Source: Patescibacteria group bacterium (lineage in GTDB: Bacteria; Patescibacteriota; Patescibacteriia; WFTA01; S139-112). Taken from it: a stretch of 64,000 nucleotides of DNA. Under the pieces are notes generated by a model that saw only the letters and a program-made list of their open reading frames with translations, was not told the DNA's origin and searched no databases. The DNA is taken from the NCBI GenBank assembly GCA_015485695.1, contig WFTB01000006.1, positions 14,334 to 78,333 on the forward strand, in the 5' to 3' direction. This document shows, one piece after another, positions 27,397 through 38,170 of this stretch (the stretch's first letter is position 1; each line of letters starts with the position of its first letter). The translations under genes and the position numbers were made by a program.

Positions 27397-30300
27397 TTAA
27401 TCGCTTTTGATACGCACGGAACCCGAGCCCGTGAATGATTCTATTTCGTATTTCAAAGAATCGTCCATGTGAACTCTGTAACGTGTAATTATTTTCTTTG
27501 TTGACCCGTTGGTATTCAATATCAGAGTCACGCCGTATTCTCCGGGACGCGATGTTAGAAGTTCTTTGAGTCGTTCTATTATCTTGGTGTCACTCATCGA
27601 TGAAAGATGAATCAGCACTTGTTTGTCGACCAGATTTAATGTGTTTGAATTTCTAAGGGTTGAATGATGTTTTTGTAAAAAATTTGTTATATCTTCTTTT
27701 TCCGCGTTTTCCATTATCATTACATCGTCCACTATTATTTTTCTGTCAGCGTCTTTTTCGGATATCGACCCTTTTAACAAAATCGGCAAATTGTCATTCC
27801 ACGCTTCTGGATAACGAGTCGCCGTTCTCGGGAATACGAGAAGCTCCGTTTGTCCCGTTGTATCTTCGATTTCGGCGAAAAACATAGTATCGCCCTTTTT
27901 GGTGAAAAATTTCTTAACCCAATTAATCACTCCAGCAATTATCACGCTTGTCTCATTAGCCGTTTCTTGCAGGCTTCGTATGTTCTTTACGGTATCCGGC
28001 AATATTTCTTTGTATTTGTTCATCGGATGATCCGACACATACAAACCGAGCAATTCTTTTTCCCAAATCAACAGGTCTTGAATCGGAATGGGGGAAGTGT
28101 TCGAATCCATTGACAGGGTTATTTTTTCGTGAGAAGTTCCGGCGAACAGCGATACTTGTCCGTTGTCTTCTATTCTGTTCTCATAGCGTATGAATTTCAA
28201 AATTTGTTCTATGTTGTTATACATCCTCCCTCTGTCGCCGAGCGAATCCAGCGCTCCGGCTTTTATTAGAGCTTCTATGGATTTTTTGTTCATGTTTTTA
28301 TGTTTCACTCTGGACAAAAAATCTTCAAGGGACTCAAAACTTCCTCCCGATTTTCTTTCCATTATTATCGCGTTTATTATGTCCGTGCCCAGGTTTTTTA
28401 TCGCGGACAGTCCGAAGCGAATCTCAGTATCCGATATGTATGTAAAATCTCCAAGAGATTGGTTTACGTCCGGAGGCAATACGTCTATTCCCAGGCTTTC
28501 GCATTCTCTTACCGAGTGGGCGATTTTGTCGGTGTTGCCGGACTCGCACGTCATAAGGACGGCCATGTATTCCGCCGTGTAGTTCGCTTTCATGTAAGCG
28601 GTTCTATACGCAAGCATTCCGTATGACGCCGCGTGCGCTTTGTTGAATCCGTATGACGCAAACGGCTCTATCGCATTCCATATTTCTTGAGCTTTCGATT
28701 CGCTAAGTCCGTTTTTAACACATCCTTTATAAAACTTTTCCTTTTGCGCCGCCATTACTTCCGGGACTTTTTTCCCCATCGCTTTTCGAAACGCGTCCGC
28801 TTCGTCCGGTTCGTATCCGGCGATATGTATGGCTGTGAGCAAAATATCGTCTTGGTATATGAAAAGACCGTATGACATCTCCAGGATTTCTTTTAGACGA
28901 GGGTCCGTATATGTTATCGCGGCCGGGTTGTTTTTGCGTCGTATATATTCGGGTATGATTTCCATCGGTCCCGGGCGATACAGAGCGACCATGGCTATAA
29001 GGTGCGGGATTTCAGTCGGTTCAAGTTCTTTCAGATACCTGGTCATTCCGGAACTTGATAATTGGAAAACTCCGAACGTGTGGCCTTCACCGAGCATTTT
29101 AAATGTTTTTTCGTCATCTGTCGGAATGTTGTAAATATCGATTTTTTTATTTTTTACAGTTTTTACAAGTTCCAACGCTTTTGCCAGTATGCTTAAATTC
29201 CTAAGACCCAAAAAGTCCATTTTAAGAACTCCGACTGACTCTTTGGAAACTCCCGGATCGAGCTTGTACATGTCGTATTGGGTGATTATGTTTCTTCCTT
29301 TCGTTTCGATTTGCAACGGGACGTATTCGGTCAAAATTTTTGGCGTAAGAACGACGGCTGCCGCGTGCACCGAAACATGGCGCGCGCATCCTTCTATTTT
29401 TTGGGCGGACGTGTAAACTTCTCGCACTTCCGGGTCGCGTTCGTATTCTCGTTTTAAATCCGGACTTTCGGTTAACGCTTTTTCAAGCGTCATTGGGTGA
29501 CCTTGCGCCCCGAATGGAATAAGCTTGGCGATTCTGTCCGCCCATTCGTGCGGTTTTCCCAACGCGCGCGACACATCGCGGAAAGACCCCCTCGCCATCA
29601 TGGTTCCGAACGTGCACACTTGAGCCACGTTTTCTCTACCGTATTTTGAGCGAACATAATCGATAACTTCATCGCGTCGATCGTCTTGTATGTCGCAATC
29701 TATGTCGGGAGGAGAAGGTCGTTTTTTTGTCAAGAACCTGTCAAAAGGAAGTTGGTATTTCATCGGGTCTACGCTTGTTATGTTTAGACAATACGAGACA
29801 AGCGAGCCTGACGCAGATCCTCTTGCGGTAGTCATTATCCCTCGCTCTCTTGCCCATTGCATGAAATCGGCGAATATAAGGAAATAATCCGAATAGTTTT
29901 TGTAAAATATTATGTCAAATTCATAGTCCAATCGCTTTCTAATTTCCGGAGTTATTTTTCCATAGATTTTTCTCGCTCCCTTTTCCACGAGCTCTTTTAT
30001 GTATGAATTCGGATCTTTAGCGTTTTTTGGAAGTTTGTACGTGGGATAATGCCAAGTCTCAAGGTCCAATTCCAAATCAACACTTCTTGCTATTTTAACC
30101 GTGTTTTCCAGCGCTTCCGGAAATTTTGAAAACAATTTTTTCATTTCACTCGGAGGGTACAACGACAAATCAACACCTCTCAAGTCCATTCTTTTTTTGT
30201 CGTGTACCGTATTTCCAGTGTTTATGCACACCATTATATCGTGTATATTCGTGTCGCTTGAGTCTATATAGTGAACGTCATTCGTCGCAACGATTGGTAT

Positions 30301-30906
30301 GTCGAATTCCTTGGCCAGTTGGACCAATTTTTCCACTTCTTTGCTTTGCGATTCCATTTTTTTCGAATCTTTCCATTTTAGGATTTGGATTTCAATATAG
30401 AACCGGTCGCCGAAAATATCTTTGTACTCCGCCGTTAATTCCCTGGCTTTTTCAATATCTTCCTTTTCGAGAGCGCGACGAATTTCTCCCGACGGACACC
30501 CTGACAAGCATATTATGCCTTCAGAATATTTTCTCAGAACGTTTCTGTCGATTCTGGGCTTATAATAGAATCCGTCAAGAAACCCAATCGTGGACAGTGT
30601 CATCAGGTTTTTGTATCCTTGGTGGTTTTGTGACAATAAAGTCACATGAAAATTTTTACTGTCTTGTTTTCCGTTTTTAAGATGCAAAGCTCTCGGAGCT
30701 ATATAAGCTTCCATTCCTATTATTGGTTTTATTCCCGCTTTTTTGCATTCAACATAAAACTCAATCGCGCCATAAAGAGAACCGTGGTCCGTGAGCGCCA
30801 TGGCTTCCGCCCCTTGTTCTTTGGCTGTTTTTACCAAGTCCGGAATTTTCGCGAGACCGTCCAACAGGGAATAGTGCGAGTGAACATGTAGATGGACAAA
30901 TGACAT
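27397..30906 (-). CDS. dnaE: DNA polymerase III subunit alpha
   Basis: FVHLHVHSHYSLLDG PHP domain, ATNDVHY, RGSASGS, PDIDCD, KMDFLGL, YGFNKAHA, C-terminal OB fold; 1169 aa, no intein. Confidence 0.98.
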   Translation of the reverse strand: MSFVHLHVHSHYSLLDGLAKIPDLVKTAKEQGAEAMALTDHGSLYGAIEFYVECKKAGIKPIIGMEAYIAPRALHLKNGKQDSKNFHVTLLSQNHQGYKNLMTLSTIGFLDGFYYKPRIDRNVLRKYSEGIICLSGCPSGEIRRALEKEDIEKARELTAEYKDIFGDRFYIEIQILKWKDSKKMESQSKEVEKLVQLAKEFDIPIVATNDVHYIDSSDTNIHDIMVCINTGNTVHDKKRMDLRGVDLSLYPPSEMKKLFSKFPEALENTVKIARSVDLELDLETWHYPTYKLPKNAKDPNSYIKELVEKGARKIYGKITPEIRKRLDYEFDIIFYKNYSDYFLIFADFMQWARERGIMTTARGSASGSLVSYCLNITSVDPMKYQLPFDRFLTKKRPSPPDIDCDIQDDRRDEVIDYVRSKYGRENVAQVCTFGTMMARGSFRDVSRALGKPHEWADRIAKLIPFGAQGHPMTLEKALTESPDLKREYERDPEVREVYTSAQKIEGCARHVSVHAAAVVLTPKILTEYVPLQIETKGRNIITQYDMYKLDPGVSKESVGVLKMDFLGLRNLSILAKALELVKTVKNKKIDIYNIPTDDEKTFKMLGEGHTFGVFQLSSSGMTRYLKELEPTEIPHLIAMVALYRPGPMEIIPEYIRRKNNPAAITYTDPRLKEILEMSYGLFIYQDDILLTAIHIAGYEPDEADAFRKAMGKKVPEVMAAQKEKFYKGCVKNGLSESKAQEIWNAIEPFASYGFNKAHAASYGMLAYRTAYMKANYTAEYMAVLMTCESGNTDKIAHSVRECESLGIDVLPPDVNQSLGDFTYISDTEIRFGLSAIKNLGTDIINAIIMERKSGGSFESLEDFLSRVKHKNMNKKSIEALIKAGALDSLGDRGRMYNNIEQILKFIRYENRIEDNGQVSLFAGTSHEKITLSMDSNTSPIPIQDLLIWEKELLGLYVSDHPMNKYKEILPDTVKNIRSLQETANETSVIIAGVINWVKKFFTKKGDTMFFAEIEDTTGQTELLVFPRTATRYPEAWNDNLPILLKGSISEKDADRKIIVDDVMIMENAEKEDITNFLQKHHSTLRNSNTLNLVDKQVLIHLSSMSDTKIIERLKELLTSRPGEYGVTLILNTNGSTKKIITRYRVHMDDSLKYEIESFTGSGSVRIKSD

Positions 30907-31039
30907 GGTTTAAAGTTAAAAGCGCAAAAACAAAAACGCAAAACTTAATACTCAAAAACACATAAATCCCGAAACCTCGGAAACTAAATATGCATTATCT
31001 TGAGCAGAGTGTTCTGCATTTTTTAAAATTCGCGCGAGA

Positions 31040-31357
31040 TTATATATCGTCGAATTCTTTGAACCTCTTTCGATTGACATCCTCTTCGCTTGGCCTGTTT
31101 TTTTGCCGGTCCATGAATTTTTCCGCCAAACTTACCAGGATTCCGAAATATGTGGCAGAGTGGTCCAATTTTTCTTTTATCGCTCGTAGCAATCTGTCCA
31201 ATAAACCGAGTTTCTCGCGCGCGAGTTTGCCGATATCGCGTATGTCTTGTATAATTCTGGTGAGTTTAAACAAGAAATAAGCGATAAAAATCGCAATGAC
31301 GGAAACCGATATTGCCATGGCTATGTTTAATATGTCCGAGCTTGTTTCTATGACCAT
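31040..31357 (-). CDS. Small membrane protein (TM + coiled coil, DUF948-like)
   Basis: N-terminal TM followed by an amphipathic helix. Confidence 0.7.
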   Translation of the reverse strand: MVIETSSDILNIAMAISVSVIAIFIAYFLFKLTRIIQDIRDIGKLAREKLGLLDRLLRAIKEKLDHSATYFGILVSLAEKFMDRQKNRPSEEDVNRKRFKEFDDI

Positions 31358-31428
31358 ATTTCAGTTTTTTAGTCTTCCCTAAGTATACACCACTTCAGGA
31401 TAAGTGCAACAGTTTTTTTACAGATACC

Positions 31429-32331
31429 ATGTCTGATGAATATGAATCAAATCGTCATCCGTTTGATGAGCGCGAACTGAAATTTGGGCAGTATGTTGTT
31501 GCTCATCGAACCGTATGGAAGCGAGCGTTGGTGTTCTTTTTGTATTTTGCAACGTTGGCGATAGTCTACCTTTTTGCGGTGAAGTGGATATTCTTTTTGA
31601 CCGGTTCTTTGAATATCTGGAGTGTTGAGTACGACTTGACGTATAATTCGATTCCATGGAAAGAAATACGAGAGGCGAACAGTCCAAAGCCTCCGTATAT
31701 CAGTTCGATATACGCGGTCGCTTCCGGAGACGAATCAATAGACATAATGGCTCGCATTAACAATCCGAATACGGAATGGCGCGCGTCTCGAATTGATTAC
31801 AGGTTCAGTGTTGACGGAAAACCGCAGAGCGTTTCGTCTACATTTCTGTTGCCCGGAAACAATAGCCTCATATCCGAATACAATATATCAACGCAAAACA
31901 AAAGCCCGACCATAAGAGTCGATATTTTGGATATTGTTTGGAAACGAGTTCGCGACCGCGAACCTCTCAAGGTTCTTGAAGAGTTGAGCGTTGCCGATGT
32001 GACGTTTGAAAACGATATAAACCTGAATTCATTTGAAGTTGAAGCGACTTTGTTGAATACTTCCGGTAGAGGTTTTTGGGTTGTCGGTCTTCAGGCGGTT
32101 GCCAAGAGATTCGGAGATGTTGCGGGAATAAATTATATCGCGGTTGAACAGGTCCGTTCCGGTTCGGCAAGAGATGTTGTTTTCTCATGGACAAGCACTC
32201 TTTCCGGTATTGATGAAGTTGAAGTTATTCCGATTGTTGACGTTTACAATGATTCCGTGTACATGCCTTTGAGAGCGGGAGATTTCATGATTGACCCGTC
32301 GGGACCGGAGAACGTCAGGAACGGCAGATAA
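31429..32331 (+). CDS. Hypothetical membrane-anchored protein with beta-sandwich domains
   Basis: One TM, then Ig-like segments (DIMARINNPNTEW, VEATLLNTSG); immediately upstream of rodA. Confidence 0.7.
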   Translation: MSDEYESNRHPFDERELKFGQYVVAHRTVWKRALVFFLYFATLAIVYLFAVKWIFFLTGSLNIWSVEYDLTYNSIPWKEIREANSPKPPYISSIYAVASGDESIDIMARINNPNTEWRASRIDYRFSVDGKPQSVSSTFLLPGNNSLISEYNISTQNKSPTIRVDILDIVWKRVRDREPLKVLEELSVADVTFENDINLNSFEVEATLLNTSGRGFWVVGLQAVAKRFGDVAGINYIAVEQVRSGSARDVVFSWTSTLSGIDEVEVIPIVDVYNDSVYMPLRAGDFMIDPSGPENVRNGR

Positions 32332-32345
32332 ATTCACTAAAGATT

Positions 32346-33434
32346 ATGTTGTCCAAATTTTCGAGGCTTTTTTCCGGATATGATTGGGTTTTGCTTTTCT
32401 CTGTGCTTTTTCTCGTTTTGTTCGGGTTGACAGTGATTTACAGCACTTCTTTGGGCGATTCCGGATTGACAAGGTTTACAAAGCAAATAATTTTCTTATT
32501 TATAGGTCTGTCCGTAATGGTGGTTGTGAGCAGAATAGATTATCGTTGGTTGGGGAGTTTGTCTTGGATTTGGTGGGTTTTGAGCGTTTTTGTTCTTGTC
32601 TTGGTTTTGGTTATTGGCACAAATGTTCGCGGTACGACTGGTTGGTTCATAATCGGTCCATTCTCGATACAGCCCGTTGAGTTTGTCAAGATGATAATGG
32701 TGGTGATCTTATCGTTTGCTCTGGCTCGAGAATCGAGACCGAATTTGTTAACGTGGGGCAAAACGTTGGCTTTATTGGCGCCTATTATCGGGTTGTTGTA
32801 TCTTCAACCGGATTTTGGGCCGATATTTTTATTGGTGGCTCTTTGGTTGATTCTTAACGCTTTGCGAGGACTTAATCGCAGGGGGTGGTTTGTATTGATT
32901 TTCGGAGGTATTATAATCGGCATGGTGGGGTGGTTTGGTATCCTTACGGATCATCAGAAAGGGCGCATTTTAACGTTTGTGAATCCCGGATCCGACCCGA
33001 CTGGAAGAGGGTTTCAGGTCAGGCAATCCATTATCGCGGTCGGTTCTGGCGGATTGCTCGGGCAAGGTATAGGGCAAGGACCGCAATCGCAATTACAATT
33101 TTTACCGGAAGCTCCGACCGATTTCATATTCGCGTCTTTTTTGGAACAGTCGGGATTTGTCGGGTTTTTGGCATTGATTATCGCTTGGTGCGTATTTTTT
33201 TGGCGTATCGCAAAATTAATGATGAGCGCGAAAGACAATTACACTCTTTATTTGGCTCTGGGGTTCGGTATTATGGTATTTATACAGACTTCCGTTAATG
33301 TTGCGATGAATATAGGTCTTGCTCCGATTGTCGGACTTCCGTTACCGTTTTTAAGTTATGGGGGATCTTCGTTAATTTCAAATTTTTTCATGGTTGGAAT
33401 TCTAGAAAGCATATCCATGCGCGGTAAAATATAG
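32346..33434 (+). CDS. rodA: SEDS peptidoglycan glycosyltransferase RodA/FtsW
   Basis: GTTGWF..GPFSIQPVEFVK, LQPDFG, QSIIAVGSGG, FLPEAPTDFIF, GLPLPFLSYGGSS. Confidence 0.9.
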   Translation: MLSKFSRLFSGYDWVLLFSVLFLVLFGLTVIYSTSLGDSGLTRFTKQIIFLFIGLSVMVVVSRIDYRWLGSLSWIWWVLSVFVLVLVLVIGTNVRGTTGWFIIGPFSIQPVEFVKMIMVVILSFALARESRPNLLTWGKTLALLAPIIGLLYLQPDFGPIFLLVALWLILNALRGLNRRGWFVLIFGGIIIGMVGWFGILTDHQKGRILTFVNPGSDPTGRGFQVRQSIIAVGSGGLLGQGIGQGPQSQLQFLPEAPTDFIFASFLEQSGFVGFLALIIAWCVFFWRIAKLMMSAKDNYTLYLALGFGIMVFIQTSVNVAMNIGLAPIVGLPLPFLSYGGSSLISNFFMVGILESISMRGKI

Positions 33435-33579
33435 CAAAAACGAATCATTACGAGGGGTTTCATGAAAAAGCTAGCTCCGCCGGTGCCTCGATTGTTTTTG
33501 ACGTGATTTCTTTTTCGTGAATCCGTTATCTATTAAAATACCGTCTGAATCGTGAAATACGCGTTATCGCGCGCATGTG

Positions 33580-33608
33580 TTGACACGGTTTTGATAATTG
33601 TGTATCAT
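33580..33608 (+). promoter_or_regulatory. Sigma70-type promoter of rplY
   Basis: TTGACA-17 bp-TATCAT. Confidence 0.7.
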
Positions 33609-33645
33609 TCGCCTGCGAATTATAACCTTTTTTAGGTGTTTTTTT

Positions 33646-34329
33646 ATGGAAGTTATAACATTGAATGCGGTAAAAAGAGACAGTGCTCGTGGCAATGCCG
33701 ATAAACTGCGAAAAGAAGGCGAAATACCCGGCGTTGTGTATGGTCGTGGGCTTGAAAACAGGAACGTGTCCGTCAAGTACAATGATTTTGTCAAAGTGTT
33801 TGAACGCGCGGGAGAGTCAACTTTGGTCGACCTTGTCATTGGGACTGATGAACCTGTTAAGGTTCTCGTACACGATACGCAAACGGACGCTCTCACGGAC
33901 CGCTATACTCATGTGGATTTCAGGCAGGTCAACATGAAAGAAAAAGTAGATGCCGAAGTACAGATAGTGTTTGAGGGAGTTTCGCCGGCAGTCAAAGAGC
34001 AGGGAGCGGTTTTGGTTCAACAGATTGACTCCGTGCACATAAAAGCTCTTCCCGGAGACCTTATGCACGAGATTGTGATTGATTTGTCGAAATTATCAAA
34101 TGTTGGAGATAAAATATACGTTCGCGATCTTGAATTGCCGGAAGGTGTGGAGATATTGAATGATTTGAGTGTCGTAATAGCCGGTGTCGAAGCCCAGCGA
34201 ACCGCCGAAGAAGTAGAATCGGCGTCCAGCGAAGATGCGGAGGCGATAATCGAAGAGAGAAAATCCGAGGGAGACAAGGCTGATGATGGCGGCGGAAACG
34301 ACGATGCCAAAGATGACAAAAAAGAATAA
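33646..34329 (+). CDS. rplY: 50S ribosomal protein bL25 (Ctc-type, long form)
   Basis: LRKEGEIPGVVYG, HVDFRQV, GVSPAVK, IKALPGDL, acidic tail. Confidence 0.95.
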   Translation: MEVITLNAVKRDSARGNADKLRKEGEIPGVVYGRGLENRNVSVKYNDFVKVFERAGESTLVDLVIGTDEPVKVLVHDTQTDALTDRYTHVDFRQVNMKEKVDAEVQIVFEGVSPAVKEQGAVLVQQIDSVHIKALPGDLMHEIVIDLSKLSNVGDKIYVRDLELPEGVEILNDLSVVIAGVEAQRTAEEVESASSEDAEAIIEERKSEGDKADDGGGNDDAKDDKKE

Positions 34330-34348
34330 TCTTCCACGAAAAACTTAT

Positions 34349-34387
34349 AATATAAAAACTCCCGAAAATGACGGGAGTTTTTATATT
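34349..34387. terminator. Bidirectional terminator between rplY and prmC
   Basis: Perfect 16-bp inverted repeat AATATAAAAACTCCCG / CGGGAGTTTTTATATT. Confidence 0.85.
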
Positions 34388-35283
34388 TTTATTACGGTCA
34401 CTCTGTCAAAGCCTTGCGTGTCTTTTTTGCATGTAACATTTTTTGTTTTCAATATATTAACCGCCCCTTTAAATATATCTTGTGCTTGATTGTGTCCGTG
34501 TTCCGTTATTATTGTTAATTCGTCGAATTTGGATTTCAGGTTATAATTTTTTATTTGTCGGAACAAATCCAAAAACATTTCAGTTCCGATTTTGCCTCCG
34601 ACCAAAGCGAGTCGCGGTTCGCGCAATATGCTTTCATCTTTCGGATTCTCGTATTCTCTATTCGATATATACGGCAAATTCGCGGTTATCAGCATGCGAC
34701 TTCCGGTATCAAGTTCGGTATTGGTTGAGATATAAGGCTCTAACAAGTTTCCTTGCAAAAATGTTATTTGCCCGTCAACTCCATGAAGTTTTGCGTTTTT
34801 TTCGGCGACGGCGAGAGCGTCTTTTGATATATCCGTTGCGAAGATTTTTACATCGTTTGAGTTTGTGTTTCGAGCGATGGAAACCGGAATGCAACCGGAA
34901 CCCGTGCCTATATCGACGATTGTTAACGGAAAGTCCGATTTTGATTCATTTATCGCTTCATCGACCAATAATTCGGTTTCCGGACGTGGAACCAATACTC
35001 GATGGTCCGTATGGAAAATCAAGCCGTAGAAGTTTTTTTGACCGACTATGTAAGCTACGGGCTCCATTTTTGCGCGTCTGTCTATGTACTCGTTGTAAGT
35101 TTCCAAATTTTCTGAGCTGATTTTGACTTCGTGATTCGCGTATAAATACAATCTGTCGTTTTTCCCAATGGCTTTGAGCAACAATATTTCCGCGTCCAGC
35201 ATGGGCGAGGAAGACGATTCCGAAAGTTTGCCAGACCCTTCAATCAGCGCTTTTTTAATGGGCGTATTATTTGCCAAGCTCAT
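34381..35283 (-). CDS. prmC: Release factor glutamine methyltransferase
   Basis: [41 protein letters not shown]; downstream of prfA. Confidence 0.95.
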   Translation of the reverse strand: MSLANNTPIKKALIEGSGKLSESSSSPMLDAEILLLKAIGKNDRLYLYANHEVKISSENLETYNEYIDRRAKMEPVAYIVGQKNFYGLIFHTDHRVLVPRPETELLVDEAINESKSDFPLTIVDIGTGSGCIPVSIARNTNSNDVKIFATDISKDALAVAEKNAKLHGVDGQITFLQGNLLEPYISTNTELDTGSRMLITANLPYISNREYENPKDESILREPRLALVGGKIGTEMFLDLFRQIKNYNLKSKFDELTIITEHGHNQAQDIFKGAVNILKTKNVTCKKDTQGFDRVTVIKI

Positions 35284-36310
35284 GAAGCGTCTGGATTATT
35301 TCATCTATGTCTCCATCCAATATATTCGGAATTCCGTGCCAATTTTTCTTCGCTCTGTGGTCAGTTACGCGATCTTGAGGGAAATTGTATGTACGGATTT
35401 TTTCCGATCGGTCCCCGGTACCTATTTGAGATCGTCTGGCGTCACCTTCTTCTTTCGCGCGTTTTTCGTCTTCCAGTTGTTGTAATTTCGTTCGCAATAT
35501 AATCATCGCTTTTTCTCTGTTTTGCAGTTGAGATTTTTCGTCTTGACACGAAACCACGAGCCCTGTCGGAATATGAGTTATGCGAATTGCCGAATCGGTC
35601 GTGTTTACGGACTGACCTCCCGGACCGGATGAGCGGAATACGTCCACGCGAATGTCTTCCGGTTTTATTTCTATTTCAACTTCATCCGCCTCCGCAAGCA
35701 CCGCGACCGTGGCGGTTGATGTGTGTATGCGTCCGGATTTTTCCGTTTCCGGGATTCTTTGAACTCTGTGAACTCCGGATTCGTACTTCATCGTACCGAA
35801 GACATTGTCGCCTTTTATTCCGAATATGACTTCTTTGAATCCGCCGATTCCTATTTGATTTGAGGATAAGAGCTCGATTTTCCAACCTCGCTTTTCGGCA
35901 TAGCGAGTGTACATTCGCATCAAATCGCCCGCAAACAAAGCAGATTCATCGCCTCCCGCTCCGGCTCTGATTTCGATTATTACGTTTTTTTTGTCTTTCG
36001 GGTCTTTCGGAGCCAACATCTCTTTGAGCTCGGTTTTGATTTTATCCAATTTGTCTTTTGCGATTTCAAGCTCTTCTTTTGCGAGCTCTTTCAAATCGGA
36101 ATCGTCGCTTTCAAGTATGAGCTGTTCATGTTCTTTGATGGAAGCGTTAAGAGCGTCCGTTTCATTTATTTTTTCCATAACGGGTTTAAGGTCGTTATAT
36201 TCTTTGGTTATGTTTTTCAGTCGAGCCGTGTCTTTAACCACTTCGGGGTCGGCAAGTTGTGATTCCAGCTTTAGGAACTTATCCGCAATATCCGCGTATT
36301 TGTCTGACAT
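35267..36310 (-). CDS. prfA: Peptide chain release factor 1
   Basis: [25 protein letters not shown] (PxT), [20 protein letters not shown]. Confidence 0.98.
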   Translation of the reverse strand: MSDKYADIADKFLKLESQLADPEVVKDTARLKNITKEYNDLKPVMEKINETDALNASIKEHEQLILESDDSDLKELAKEELEIAKDKLDKIKTELKEMLAPKDPKDKKNVIIEIRAGAGGDESALFAGDLMRMYTRYAEKRGWKIELLSSNQIGIGGFKEVIFGIKGDNVFGTMKYESGVHRVQRIPETEKSGRIHTSTATVAVLAEADEVEIEIKPEDIRVDVFRSSGPGGQSVNTTDSAIRITHIPTGLVVSCQDEKSQLQNREKAMIILRTKLQQLEDEKRAKEEGDARRSQIGTGDRSEKIRTYNFPQDRVTDHRAKKNWHGIPNILDGDIDEIIQTLHELGK

Positions 36311-36392
36311 ATAGTTTTGATTTAAGAGTTTTAGCTTGTTTGCAACATGAGAATTCTATCGTATACGTAAAAATAATACCACCAAAACCAAA

Positions 36393-36412
36393 CCCCGCCA
36401 AACTTGGCGGGG
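36393..36412 (-). terminator. Hairpin/terminator downstream of rpmE
   Basis: CCCCGCCA / TGGCGGGG stem followed by TTTTGGTTTT on the minus strand. Confidence 0.55.
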
Positions 36413-36433
36413 CCTGCGGTGCGCACGAATGTT

Positions 36434-36835
36434 TTATTTGTCCGATTCCGTCGTTTTGGAGTCCGAGTTTTTCTTTTCGGGTGAAGCCGTTTTTGTCGAT
36501 TTTTTGCCGGCGGAGTTCTTTTTGCTCGATCCTCCGAGTTTCTTCGTTACGGTTTTCCGAACCGCGACTTTTGTATCGCGCTTGGCTTTGAGCATGGCTC
36601 TTTTTTGCGTCTTGCTCTTGTGTATTCCTTCCACTTTCTTGGCGGCTTTTTCTTCGAATTTTTCCACGCGTCGAGCGGTGTCTACGAGTTTCTGCTTACC
36701 TGTGTAGAACGGATGGCAATTTGAACAAATATCAATGTTAATATCTTTTACGGTCGAGCCGACGGCATATACAGCTCCGCACGCGCATTTTATGGAAGCG
36801 TCATCATGATATGTCGGATGTATGTCTTTTTTCAT
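36434..36835 (-). CDS. rpmE: 50S ribosomal protein bL31 (Zn-binding type) with long Lys-rich tail
   Basis: [39 protein letters not shown]. Confidence 0.95.
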   Translation of the reverse strand: MKKDIHPTYHDDASIKCACGAVYAVGSTVKDINIDICSNCHPFYTGKQKLVDTARRVEKFEEKAAKKVEGIHKSKTQKRAMLKAKRDTKVAVRKTVTKKLGGSSKKNSAGKKSTKTASPEKKNSDSKTTESDK

Positions 36836-36890
36836 AATCTGGTTATAAGCACCATGGAAATATACCAAGGTTTCTGATAAGAACCCGTGA

Positions 36891-36919
36891 ATCGTACTAT
36901 ATTTTCATTAAAAAAGCAA
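36891..36919 (-). promoter_or_regulatory. Sigma70-type promoter of rpmE-prfA-prmC
   Basis: Minus strand TTGCTT-17 bp-TACGAT. Confidence 0.5.
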
Positions 36920-37065
36920 GAGAAAGCGTTTTGGTTGTTTATCGGCGCGAATACATTGCTTTATATTCGCGATATTGAGGGATTTTTCGCGTTTATCCTT
37001 TGTTTTCGGATTGTTCTGGGTTTGTTATAAGTTGAAAACAAGGGCTGTTATGGTACGATGTTCGC

Positions 37066-37950
37066 ATGAAGGCAAATAAAACAAAATCCGAGACGATATT
37101 GGATGTTGTGGTTGATTCCGTATCAGAAAGAGAGGCTTTGGACAAGATACGCGGTTTTTTGCATGACGAGAGCAAGCAAAACATCGTCGTGACGATTAAT
37201 CCCGAATTTATAATGGCTTCCCAAAGGGATGAGAGCTTAAAAGATGTTTTGAATTCGAGTTCTCTGAGACTTGCCGACGGTATAGGTGTTTTGTGGTCCG
37301 CCAAATATTTATCTCTTCCTTATCGTGGAATTGTGTGGTCGATTTGGCAAATGGTATACTCCGGAGCGTCTTTGATTTTTAATCCCAAATACTGTCGATC
37401 GCCAATTCCTCAACGAGTGTCTGGGGCGAGTATCGTTCCGAAAATTTGTGAAATCGCACAAGAAGAAGAAAAGTCCGTTTTTCTCCTCGGTGGTCGGGAC
37501 GGTTCGGGATACGGAGCCTCCAATATGTTGCAAAGGTTGTATCCGAAATTGATAATCAAGGGAGTGGACGAAAATATTGATGTTGATTACATAGATGGTG
37601 ATTTGATTGTTTCTAGAGATGACTCGATTCGAATAGTTGAATTGTTGGAAAGCGCGCGCCCGGACATTTTATTCGTTGCATTGGGAGGTAACCAAAAGCA
37701 AGAGCAATGGATATCAAGGTACCTTTCAAAAGCTCCCGGAGTGAAAATCGCCATGGGAGTTGGAGCGACATTTGACTTTCTTTCCGGGCGTGTCAAACGC
37801 GCGCCAAAAATATTCAGAACACTTGGCATCGAATGGCTTTGGCGAATGTTTATTCAGCGACGGTTATCGCGAATAATGACCGCTACGGTAAAATTTATAG
37901 CAAAGGTTGTGCTTTTCAAGATTGAGAAGGGTGAATATCGGCGATGGTAG
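37066..37950 (+). CDS. WecB/TagA/CpsF family glycosyltransferase
   Basis: VTINPEF, LADGIG, RVSGA, VFLLGG, PDILFVALG..KQEQW, GVGATFDF, RAP...GIEWLWR. Confidence 0.93.
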   Translation: MKANKTKSETILDVVVDSVSEREALDKIRGFLHDESKQNIVVTINPEFIMASQRDESLKDVLNSSSLRLADGIGVLWSAKYLSLPYRGIVWSIWQMVYSGASLIFNPKYCRSPIPQRVSGASIVPKICEIAQEEEKSVFLLGGRDGSGYGASNMLQRLYPKLIIKGVDENIDVDYIDGDLIVSRDDSIRIVELLESARPDILFVALGGNQKQEQWISRYLSKAPGVKIAMGVGATFDFLSGRVKRAPKIFRTLGIEWLWRMFIQRRLSRIMTATVKFIAKVVLFKIEKGEYRRW

Positions 37951-38170
37951 GCATTACGCTTTCGCGGGAGAGTGTAAAAAAGTTTCCAAGACTCCGATGT
38001 CGCGCCTGTCCGAAAAACGCGCAAAGCACGGACATGGTTCGGAAGAGCATTTTCACGGTGACGGGAAGAGCAAAGGTTTTTAAGGATTACAATATGCGAC
38101 GAACGAGACTTGATTCGAGAATCTTCACTTGAAGGAGTGGCGTATTTTTGGTATCGTATAATCGCAAATT

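Noticed and set aside
27397-30906. Intein in DnaE
   Set aside because: Normal length, no C/S...HN junction or LAGLIDADG motif.
34482-35120. 212-aa antisense ORF over prmC and the many other 60-190-aa overlapping ORFs in the track
   Set aside because: They are shadows of well-supported genes on the opposite strand or frame and have no recognisable motifs.
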